From Eledone cirrhosa (Eukaryota): a stretch of DNA of 64,000 bases. The translations under genes were made by a program, and so were the position numbers. Of the stretch, positions 53,425 to 64,000 are shown in pieces. The stretch covers positions 80,910,001 through 80,974,000 of the forward strand of contig OZ024740.1 of NCBI GenBank assembly GCA_964016885.1, written 5' to 3'. The stretch's first letter is position 1. The number at the start of each line of letters is the position of its first letter. Below the pieces are notes generated by a model that saw only the letters and a program-made list of their open reading frames with translations, was not told the DNA's origin and searched no databases.

Positions 53425-56358
53425 TTAATTTACAGATACGTACACAGAGTAGGCCCATTCACTCGGGCCGTTCTTGCTTCTCTCACCCATCTTTATACAA
53501 AATGTTGGGAAGAGAGCACTTCCCTCTCTACTCTGATTTTCCTTTTCAAATGAAATTTGAAAAAAGTCAATCAGGGCATCACCGAAGAGGTAAGTGCTCG
53601 TCTTCAGACCTTTCAAACGTGTCCACCATACTATCTCTTTCTCCAAGGCCACCAGACAGATAAAAACTGCCTGCCCTTCCCGGCTAAAGGAAGAGGGCGG
53701 GGAAATCCTCACGATCGACTCAGATGATAGCCGGATCCGTCCTACACGCGGCAGCAGGTGTTCGACATAAACCCACAAGTCAGCAATTTTCGGACACTGG
53801 ACGAGTGCGTGTAGGACGGTTTCGTCGCCCTGCGCGCGTCTCGGACATGCCCGGCTGACGGCACCTCCATGCCTGTAGAGTTTATCCCGAACTGGCAAGG
53901 CTCCTCGGTAGCACTGCCAGGCCAGAGATTTCTGGAAGTTGTCCATAGGTCCCGGCCCGAAAGTTCTTCCGATGAGATGGGCTAGTTGATTTTCGTCAAC
54001 GCCTAGAGTTTCCCCAAGTACGTCGTCGTTCTTCCCCTCCACTAATCCTCTATAGAACACCGAGGTGGAGTTTCCACCGATCACATTGCCCGATTGGTCG
54101 AGGGCTGTATGCGCCTGAAGACATTCCAGTCTCCAGGCGCTCCCTCTCGGTCTTCGCTTGACCCAGGACTGCAGCTCCGTCAAGCAAACGAGCTGGGGAA
54201 ATACGTGTCTAGCAAACGGCGACCACACCTGATCACCGTCGAGGAAGAAGTGGAGATGTCGTAGCCTGAGATAGCGGGTGTTGACAGCAGATGGCCCACC
54301 TGACCATTGGAGCGCGTCCCTTCCACACAAAGCGAAAGAGCAAACGCTCCGGCGCAGTCAGGCGGAGCTTAGGACATGGTACGACGGTCAGGCGGTAGCA
54401 GATGACAGACCCGATGTACGCGGTAGCCACCTCCGCTCGATCTTTCAGGGATAGCTTCCTCTCCGCCCATTTCTCGGTGAGAGAAGCCACCCTGCTCGTC
54501 ACCTCGTCCCAGTTTTTGTCCGTCTGGAGGTCCGGACCGAAACAGACCCCTAGCAATTTAACCGGTCCGTCCGTCCAGCGTCCGACGACGCTGTTGGACG
54601 GCATGGACCTGCCTCTCAAGGTGCCGAGCTGCAGGCCCACTGACTTTTCCTTGTTGATCATAGTTCCTGTCACCGCTTCGTATTCTCTTAGTGCAGTGCC
54701 GATCGCCTCGATGTGTTTGGCGTTCGACACCACTACGGTGACATCGTCCGCATATGCTGACACGGATCTTCCTAGTTCGCACGGGACGCCCCTCAACGTC
54801 TCCAGTTTGTGCAGTAAAGGCTCGAGAGTCAATACGTACAAGAAGGACGAGAGGGAACATCGTTGGCGGATCGAGTGCACTAAGTTGAACGGTTCCGAAA
54901 GGTGACCGTTTACTCTCACCACAGAGCAGTTGCAGTAGACGTCCGCCAAGAGGCCTTCGAACAAGTCTGGCATCTGTACGTAAAGTTCATAGGGCAGACC
55001 ATCCAAACCAGGCGATTTACCCCTTGTGCAGCCAGTCATTGCCTCTCGTACTTCAGCGGCTGTTATCGGCTTTGCGCAACACTCCGCCTCAGTGGCCGAC
55101 AGCCGCGGCAGTCCGTCGAGGTAGACGCTAAAGTCCATCCTTCGACCCGGCCCACCGCTGCCCCCGAACAGCTGAGCGAAGTGTCGCTGAAAAGCTTCAC
55201 ACATTTGACCGGGATCGAGTAGCATGCACCCGTCGTGGTCCACCAAAGACCGGATCGTGGCTTTGTTTCCACAACGCGCCTCCGCCTTTCGGGCCCATTG
55301 AACTGCGTTCGTCCCCTCGTGTCTGAGAGCACGCACCCTAGCTCTGACAACGCAGCCTTCGTGCTTTGCATTGAAGAATTGGTCAAGGGCCAATTTCGCC
55401 GCAAGCACATCGGTCGCGATGCCTTTGCTAAGCGCCTAGTCTAATTTTCTAACTAGTTCTCCCTCTGCTCTATTTTTTTCTATTGCTAAAGCCTTACTAA
55501 ACCTAATGGATTCTATTCTAATCGCTCTTTTCAGAGTAAACCACCCGTCAACGCCCGCTCAACTAGTTCGCTAATCCGGTCCCTGTAGGCCTTGCGCGCT
55601 GGTAAGGATGCGTTTAGCTTCCAGTAGCCGGGTCCTCGTCTATGAAGCCTATCTAAGTCAAGTATACAGATCACGAATTTGTGGTCCGTGTAGCTGACTA
55701 TCTTGAATTGTGGACAGCCTATGCTAGACCTATCTACTTCCCTACAAAATACTCTATCTAGACATGATCTGGATGACCATATGCGATTTGTCCAAGTCCA
55801 CATTGGCACATTCGGGAAATCCAATCGGTACCTGTCAAACAGTTCAAAACGCCAGAGCAGGTTGGTGAGGCTCTTGCAACATCCACCCCTATCCGCTAAT
55901 CCCACACAGTCCCAGCGTGCATCTAAGATCCCGTTCCAGTCGCCCACTAACACTAAAGAGCGGGACGTTCCAAGAAAGGTCTCCAGACGCCGGAAGAAAT
56001 CAGGCCGCCCTGCTCCTGTCGGGGCATAGACGGCCACTAGCCTGAAAGCTTGCCCGTCTCCGCTGGTCACGTCCAGCACCACCAACTTACCCTCTGAATC
56101 CAGGAAGATGGCCCGTATGGCGAGATCCAAACCTCTCCGAAAAACACAGCAACTCCTCCCCGATCCAGGACGGCTGGGAGATACGTACACATCGTAGCCG
56201 CCGAAGATCACTGCGAAGGCCCGTGCTTCGGAGATTCTGGTCACGCTGATGGCCACTACATCTATGTTTAGTGACCTGAGGTCGTTGAGTAGGTGACCCT
56301 GCTTCCATGACGACCACAAGCCACGCGCATTTATGCTGCCTATTCTGAGTGAGGTCAT
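53425..56358 (-). pseudogene. LINE ORF2 (APE endonuclease, RT, Zn finger) with frameshifts and an internal RT deletion
   Basis: SINARGL, GDWN, TDH and PGYWKLN; KSPGLDGLP, RQ.CSLS and AYADD; CP..ETVLHALVQC. The RT segment between KSPGLDG and RVNG is largely missing. Confidence 0.88.
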
Positions 56359-57053
56359 GTTTAAAATGGAGTGGAAAAGATGGGAAAGACCACTTACCGT
56401 ACTTTTCGTAGAGGAAGGATGGTTTCTCCATCCCTTTTCACTCGATCGTCTGGTGAAGGGACCGTTGAATCGTCCCTTCGGCTGGTCGTCGGCTCTTCTA
56501 TGAGTATGTCCGAATATACTCTCCGGTTGAGAGTCCCTCCTCGGTCTCTGAAATCACCAACTGCGTTGGGGAATTTCGTTTTAATGTTTGTGTATTGTTT
56601 CTGTGCTATTTTTACCAGTCTTATGTTCGTTGGCGTTTTGATTGGTCCTGGTATTATGTAGTCGTGCTGTGAAATGTCTGTGTGTTCAATTATGTAAGTC
56701 ATTAGTTTTTTGTTGTGTGTATTTATTGCCGTGCATTTGGTTTTCTGGGTGTGGGGTGTGGTTCTGCTATTTTTTTGTCGTTGTTGCTGGGTGTGGGTGT
56801 TTTATTGTTGTGTTTGCGATGTTGGTGCTTGTGGTGCTGGTGTTGAAGGTGTTGTTCTTGTTGGCGGTGGGGTTGTCGCCGGTGGTGATGGTGGTGTTAG
56901 TGTGGGTGGTGATGATGTTGGTGGTGTTGCTGCTGTGAGTCTCTTTGCAGTAGCCTTTACCCTTTTTTCATTTCTTTCTTCCCTTTTCGAAGGCGACGAT
57001 GCGCTGCTTCTGCGTGTGTGCCTCTTACGACATTTTGCCATCCCTCTCCCACC

Positions 57054-58468
57054 TCACACTCCATGTTTGATTCTGTGAGGTCGGGGAGGGGTACCAGCTT
57101 CACTCGTTTGCAGTGGAGTCTCTGTTGCAGCTGCAGTTGGTATTGCTGTTGTTGTTAATACTTCCACTGCTGCTGCTGTTCTTGATTTCCGTGGCGTGGG
57201 TATGGGTGCCACAGACCTATCGTTCTTGGTTGCCGCTTGTCCTGTTGCTGGTAGGCGTGGAGCCGGTTTCGGAAGGAGAGGGGTTTTCTCCTTTCTCAGG
57301 GTCTTCTCGTTGCAGAAGGCCCTGAGGTGAGTCTTCAATCCACAGCGAAAGCATTTCGGGCGTTTGCCCTCAACACTTATGGGCAGTTGAGTGCCGTTAT
57401 CGAAGTCTATCACATCCGGGATAGCTTCGATGCACTCCTGGTTGGTTTGGATTAACATCTCAATGGAGGTGCCGACCCAATCTTCTCTTACATTTTTCAG
57501 TACTTGCAGTACAGTTTTTTTGTCCTCGATTCCGACGAGGAAAGACGCGGCCAACCAAGAAGGAGCCATCCCGGGGAGGGGGGGGGACGTGGGTTAGTTT
57601 GCCCCTCACAATTTTTTGCCCGCAGTAGGAGGGCACCAACACCACTTCCTCGCTCCTTAGGGTCACTAAGGATTGAGCCTTTGCCTCCTGGGGTGTGGCA
57701 AAAAGCACGTCTACGGTGGCTATTTCTTGCCTCGGGTGATATTCGTTTTCCGCTGCCACACAGACCCTAAGGCTTTTTGTATTTGAGCCTATGTGGCTCT
57801 TTCAGCCCTACGGGATTTTGTGCTTACTGTACGGTACGTGACCGTACAGTGCTGTTGGGTTTCGAAAATGTTTTCGGTTGCCTTGCAGATTGCTCGGTGT
57901 CCGGTTTTCGTCACCACTTCTTCGCTCCCTGTAATTCCTCATTTGTTATGAGGATGGTTTCCAGGTTCTTTGCAAACGAGATTGCTTTTTCTCTGCTGCT
58001 GTTGTTGTTGTCGTCAGAGCTGCTGTTACTTTTGTTGTTGCTGCAGGTACTACGACTACTGCCGCCGCCGCTGTTGCTGTGGTTGTTGTTGTTGTTGCTG
58101 CTGCTGCTGTTGTTGCTGCTGTTGCTGCTAATGCTGTTGTTGTTTATGCTGCTGCTGATGCTGTTTCGGCTGCTACTGTTGTTCTCCTTGTCACTGTTGC
58201 TGCTGCTGCTGTTATTAAAGCTGCTACTGCTATTATTCATGACGTCAGACGAATGAAATGGGTTTTCGTATTTACCGCACACCTTTTTCGTCATTGTCGT
58301 CGTCGTGGAGAAATGTTCCATGATTTTCACGTGATATTTCTTGACTAGCGTCGCTTGCGAAAGAGAAGGGAGGGAGAGAGACAATCTTCTCTCTGCTGTA
58401 GTGACGATTGAGGAAGAAGAAGACAGAATTAGTGGGAATGACCTATGAAAATTCTTTTTCGTGGCCAT
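57054..58468 (-). pseudogene. LINE ORF1 (gag-like), broken into several frames
   Basis: CCHC knuckle KCFRCGLKTHLRAFC, with an Asn/Ser low-complexity N-terminal part. Confidence 0.7.
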
Positions 58469-59236
58469 GTTTTTTTATTGTTTAAAATAAATATTGAGCA
58501 CAAAACCCTAATAAGCGGTTATTTAACCCCGAAGGGCCAAATAACTGGCACAAAGACCCCTCTAACGAGGAGGAGGGTGTTTTTGTCTACAATTTGGTTA
58601 AAGTTTTAAACAATTTACAATTGTTATAGCGGTCAAAATTTACAATACCTTACAGAGCCGATCCTCCGTCAACCATGGCATTCAATAATAATAATAATAA
58701 CAATAAATGATCAAACGCACGTGGAAAGCAAATGCACAAAAAAAACTAAATTTATATATACACACACACATATATATATATGTGTACATACACACACACA
58801 TATATATATACATATACACACACATACGCATACATATAAATATACAAGCACACCCATACATATAAACACGGAACATACACACAAGATTATATACATACAA
58901 ATACATATACACGCACACATAAATGTATGCAACCACATAGACACATATAGTATAAACATTTCTTAAAGATAAAAACATAAATATAATAATTATAAAGTTA
59001 CATACACACATACGCATAAGTACGTACACACGCACGCACATACACACACACACACACATAGATATATACACTTACACACATATATATATATATATAAGTA
59101 AATACATATACATATATATATATACATACATATACGCACCTACACACATACACACACACATATATATATATAAATATATACACGCACACATATACATATA
59201 TATACATATACACGCATACATACACCCATATACACT

Positions 59237-59278
<42 letters not shown>

Positions 59279-59361
59279 AAAGAAATACATAGAAATTTAT
59301 TTTCAATTTTATGCATATATATATATATATACATATATACACATATATATATATATATATA

Positions 59362-60392
59362 TACTAGCATTAAAGCCTGGCGTTGCTCTTGGGTCAGTAA
59401 GTTACCAAAGTTAGGTTGCACCACCCATTTTATGGCAGCACCTTTTTGTCTGCCAGGCACTGGGTGAATGGATTGCAGACCTGGACTGCCGAAGCAGGAG
59501 CTGCACCAGCAGTGACAATTGTAGTTTTGCCTATGGATATTATCTCTGTGCAAAGAAGTGTTGAAATTTATTGTTTCACAGTACTTGCGCAACACGCGCG
59601 TAAACGATGCCATTCGAACAACAGAGCTGCGATGGAGTTGTTCTGCATGGTTGTCTAATGTGTGTTTTCTAAATTTAAGACAGTATGGGGGGGGGGGGGT
59701 GATATGGGGGAGAGTTAGCTGCTGCTTCTAGCAGGTTTAGTGACCTCATAGAGGATATGTTTTCTGAATTTAAGACAGTAGGGAGTGGTGTGATATGGGG
59801 GAGAGTTAGCTGCTGTTTCTAGCAGGTTTAGTGACCTCATAGAGGATATTATTGTGTATAGTAAATGAACGGATACTTCTTTCTTCCACGTTCGTTGATA
59901 GATGTTTTAAAAAAGATTTATCGCAAATTTTTTTTGTTGTTGAATAAATTTATCTGTTGCTTTTGAATAATTGTTGTTTCGTATGCAATGTAATAAGTTC
60001 TCTTTGTCATTGAATTAAATAAATGTTCCACACTAAAAAACAAACGTTCTCTCTCTCTCTATCTCTCACCCTCTCTCTCTCTCTCTTAAAGTTTGTAAGT
60101 TTAATCGTATATAAGAGAAAGATGCAGCATGTATGTAGTTTTATCGAATTTTAAGGGGAGTAGAGAGAGGTATTCTGATTGTATTAGAGGGGTAAAGCGT
60201 CATGTATTTAATTTTATCGATTATTTCCGTAATTGTGGGTAAGTGTGAATGAAATAAATAGTCGGTGACCTACGTTAAACCATTTACAACATTCGTAGAC
60301 TTTGAGTCGAATCGGTTTGAAATTGGGCAAATATATAAATACGGAACATGCATAAACACACACAACAACAGCCATCTACCTTTTATAGATAA

Positions 60393-60397
<5 letters not shown>
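59362..60397 (+). mobile_element. Possible non-autonomous Helitron/Helentron-like element
   Basis: Begins tactagcattaaagcctggcgttgctc and ends ..cggtt..acacacac..ttttatagataatgat, inside (TA)n. It contains a ~75-bp tandem duplication at 59675-59850. Confidence 0.35.
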
Positions 60398-60443
<46 letters not shown>

Positions 60444-61332
60444 CACACATATATATACATACATACATACACAAAATAAAGGGAAGGAAGGGGTAATCAA
60501 ATAGTAGACATACGACAAATAAAAAATAAAGGTATATATGTTTATAGCAGATTAAGAACACTCAATAGTTCCTGGAGCAACAATCAATAAAAGTAAGCAT
60601 TAAAAAACTCTGTATGTAATTATGGATATACATACAAAACCATACATACACACACACACACACAACCAACTACATACAAATATATATACATATGCACATA
60701 TATACATATATATATACATATATATATATATACGCACATATATATATACATATGTGTATATATATATACACACACACACTAATATACACACAAATAAGTA
60801 CAAAGGGTTCCAACACCACATGCATAAAAATACACACACACACACACACACACACATATAAACACACACACACATATGTATATACACATACAAACACATA
60901 CACTTATATATAAACAATTTTACATACATATACACATATATATATATATATATACATACCCTTAATTACACATATACACGACAACATACATACACATAAA
61001 ATTAATATCTAAAAATCAAAAGGGTTGGGTATGTAAAGGGTAAGGTAGAGAGTAGGTGGGAATAAGGAAAATAAATAACATAAGAACAAGTTAAAAAATA
61101 CGAGGAGAAATAGAAAATAAAGGAGAAATAAAAAATAAAGGTACAGAAAGTGAGTTCAGAGAGTAATAAAAGTCGTAGTAGATGTAAGTCGTAAAGAGCA
61201 AAGAAGGAGTTCAAGGTGGTTAAGTCATCGTAGCAAAGAAGAAGTTCATGGTGGTTGAGTCATCGTAGGAATGTAAATCCAGTTACAGAGCAGATGTGAT
61301 TTCAGTTGAGGAAAACATCTGAAGATCTCGGT

Positions 61333-63204
61333 CTAGGAGTTAAGGCAAGTTGAAGCGGCTTTCAAATTCTGTAGTATTCTAAATTTTTCAGTGGCACACA
61401 AAGAACAATTCTTTGGGCCCCTTTGGTATTCCCTCGAATGGTCGAAAATAGACCAATCGATAGAGTACGGGATGTTATTATCTTTGAGTTCCCACACCTT
61501 ATTAGCGAGGGCCGTTGCTGTTCTCTTATCAGGGTGTTTAAAAGAAGCAACATGTGCAAAAAACCTGGTTTTGAACCTGTCTTGAGTCATACCAACATAT
61601 CTTTCACTCCTGGCTGGCTGGTTGTTAATCAAAGGTGTTACTTTGGCCTCATATACAACGGATTTGGTGTTACATTTGCCCTGTAATTGGCATTCATCCG
61701 GCTTTCTGCAGCTGCATTCTGGATTTAATCTCGTACAATTAGAGTTGATGATTTTAGACTTCATAGATGGGCAGCAAGAATAACTAATTTTAACTACATT
61801 TCTATTAAATATCTCATAATATCTATGATTAGGGAGAAAATGCTTATCTAGGAGGTCAAGGAATTTCCTTCCTAGATTAGTTTTGACAGTTAGAGAGCAG
61901 GGGGCTGTAAACCAAATAATTTTCCTTTTCCTATTATTACGATTAGTTTTAGGGGGAGGGGTAGGTAAATATGTAATCTCTTCTGTAAAGCCGCTGTTAA
62001 TGAGGGCTTTATTATAAGGGGCAGCTTTATTAAACATGTCTAGAGAAGAAGATAAAGTAGAAATCCTACGACTAATATCGTTGGGTTTATGAGAAGGTTT
62101 AAAATAGGCAGTAAGTAGATCAAGATTAATGTCAAGAAAGTTAGAATTGGTAAGGTTCGTATCTATAGTAATTTTAAGGTTAAGATTAGCAAAAGTATTG
62201 ATTAAATCTTTACGGAATTTATCAAGGTTATGGACGTTGGTGGTATGAGAAACTGCCAATCCGTCGTCACGGTATAAACCGATATTATGGGAAGGAAATT
62301 TCTCTTTAAGGGTGTGGAGAAGGAATAATCCTACTAAGTCACACACGTCCGCACTGTCATATGAACCCATTGCAACATCGAAAGAGTTTTCAGGGCTTGA
62401 CTTTTTAACCCAAATACTTTCATTAGTAAAGAGTAGAGTTTTCCTAGTATGAAAAATAATGTCTTCTTCTAATTTAGAAATATTAATGAAAGGTCTTGCA
62501 AAATCTAAGGCTTTATTTAATAAGGAAACAGTAATAGAGGGGTCAAAATCAACAATATCGAATTGGGTAAATCTACACTTATTTTTACCTTGTACATCAT
62601 TAAACCAAGAAATAACAGAGGATGTATTTAACCATTGTGATAAGTCAGTCTGAGTTCTAATTTGGAAAATTATTTTTCTTAAGATTGTTTTACTTGCAAG
62701 GCTAACTTCGGATTTAGCCGGGTTAATTAGTCTACAACTAGGTCGATTAGTAAAGTCTAATTTATGGTCTTTAAGGGTAATATAAGCTTTACGTTTAGCT
62801 AGGTTTTCAATCCGGTTATCTATTTTTAAAAAAATAGCTAGTTCTTTAGCTTCATTATTAATAGTATTGTAGATGTTATTGTTAGTTAATTGATATTTGT
62901 AGGTGATACTATTGGTTAAAAGTTGGTTATACAAAATATTATTATCTTCAAAGAGATTTTTAGTTTTATCGGAAAGAACAAAGGTGTTTGTAGAATTATT
63001 AAAATAAGAGATACCGTTAGAAAGTTTAGTTTGAAAGATATTGTTGTACTTACGAAATTTGATATCACTAATTAAATTAACAAGGTCTAATTCGAAGTTG
63101 ACCATGTCTTTAATTCTAGGTGGGTATTTACGGGATTTTATGTCAAAACAATCATTTGTATCAGCACTAAATAGTCCATCGTAAACCATTGCCTTCCATT
63201 TCAT
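61333..63204 (-). CDS. Penelope-like element polyprotein: reverse transcriptase + C-terminal GIY-YIG endonuclease (near-intact)
   Basis: 623-aa ORF with TLKDHK, RLINPAKSE, FDIVDF.PSI, MGSYDSA, GLYRDDGL and FLDI; then CSC..CQL..C..VVY..YVG.T..FKTR..H, CSLCATEK and LNS. The N-terminus probably continues upstream in another frame. Confidence 0.9.
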   Translation of the reverse strand: MKWKAMVYDGLFSADTNDCFDIKSRKYPPRIKDMVNFELDLVNLISDIKFRKYNNIFQTKLSNGISYFNNSTNTFVLSDKTKNLFEDNNILYNQLLTNSITYKYQLTNNNIYNTINNEAKELAIFLKIDNRIENLAKRKAYITLKDHKLDFTNRPSCRLINPAKSEVSLASKTILRKIIFQIRTQTDLSQWLNTSSVISWFNDVQGKNKCRFTQFDIVDFDPSITVSLLNKALDFARPFINISKLEEDIIFHTRKTLLFTNESIWVKKSSPENSFDVAMGSYDSADVCDLVGLFLLHTLKEKFPSHNIGLYRDDGLAVSHTTNVHNLDKFRKDLINTFANLNLKITIDTNLTNSNFLDINLDLLTAYFKPSHKPNDISRRISTLSSSLDMFNKAAPYNKALINSGFTEEITYLPTPPPKTNRNNRKRKIIWFTAPCSLTVKTNLGRKFLDLLDKHFLPNHRYYEIFNRNVVKISYSCCPSMKSKIINSNCTRLNPECSCRKPDECQLQGKCNTKSVVYEAKVTPLINNQPARSERYVGMTQDRFKTRFFAHVASFKHPDKRTATALANKVWELKDNNIPYSIDWSIFDHSREYQRGPKNCSLCATEKFRILQNLKAASTCLNS

Positions 63205-63518
63205 TCTTTTAACGACTTGTTCGATTTTATCTATGTTGGATTTTATCTATCTTGTGTTGGAAGGAATAGGTATATTTTTGAATAATCCAAATCATAATGG
63301 TCCATGGTGTATGTTGGTTAAATACCTGAAAACTGTAGAGTGCTCAACTTATCGGGCTGGAAGGTGCCAATCATATATGTAATATAGAATATGCTTCAAT
63401 GAATCCCGGTTGGAGCTGTATAAATGAAGTAATTCCGTCGGAAAAGTCCAGGAAAAAACAGTGCTCTATTTAAGTTACAGAGCTTATTAGGTATGTAATA
63501 AACAACATAAGATAATTA

Positions 63519-63578
63519 TTTCATTTACCAGTGGTTTCTTGAAAGCAACCAAAATTGCTTTCATTCATCAGAATGAAA
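63519..63578 (-). ncRNA. Type I hammerhead ribozyme in the 5' pLTR of the Penelope-like element
   Basis: Identical core and stems to 52504-52563, about 300 nt upstream of the ORF. Confidence 0.85.
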
Positions 63579-63639
63579 AATTCCTGGAGGAAAAAAGGGG
63601 AGGGTGAGAATAATAAATAAGAATATATAACAACACACA

Positions 63640-63686
<47 letters not shown>

Positions 63687-63855
63687 TCACATATACACAC
63701 ATATATATACATATATACACGCTTATATACACGCTTATATACACGCTTATATACACATATATATACACAGAGAAACATATACACACACATATAATATATA
63801 TATACATATATATATATAGCCATACATAAACACACCAACACACACACACACACAA

Positions 63856-63900
<45 letters not shown>

Positions 63901-63918
63901 TATATATATATATATATG

Positions 63919-63964
<46 letters not shown>

Positions 63965-64000
63965 CATATACATACACATACACATACATACATACATACA

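Larger units (their letters stand above)
53220..58683 (-). mobile_element. Near full-length, decayed L1/Tx1-like non-LTR retrotransposon
   Basis: ORF1 zinc knuckle, APE endonuclease, RT and C-terminal zinc finger. AATAAA followed by (ATT)n at the 3' end. Confidence 0.9.

Noticed and set aside
57777-58256. Poly-Leu membrane-like ORF on the plus strand
   Set aside because: It is the antisense reading of the (CAG/CAA)-rich low-complexity part of LINE ORF1.

Overview
This is eukaryotic, repeat-rich DNA, most likely from a coleoid cephalopod such as Octopus. That assignment is inferred from the greatly expanded 18S/28S, the tRNA-headed SINEs and the dense (TA)n/(CA)n tracts. I recognise no host protein-coding gene. 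Main contents: (1) A tandem array of ~445-500 bp units at 2.7-6.9 kb. Each unit carries a type I hammerhead ribozyme with a palindromic stem III plus an octamer motif, so it looks like a retrozyme or satellite-2-like self-cleaving repeat, arranged in two divergent blocks. (2) One isolated 45S rDNA unit on the minus strand (promoter ~45154, 18S, 5.8S, 28S, IGS with five spacer-promoter copies). A 13-nt foreign sequence sits exactly at the 28S R2 target site, and Penelope-like debris flanks both ends. (3) Several Penelope-like elements (PLEs), one with a near-intact RT/GIY-YIG ORF, and many more PLE-type hammerheads. (4) A decayed L1/Tx1-like LINE, an RTE fragment, SINEs with ATTATT-initiated TSDs, a SINE-tail minisatellite, MITE- and Helitron-like pieces, and many fold-back cassettes between (TA)n tracts. 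All structures were read by eye and none was confirmed by folding software or database search.
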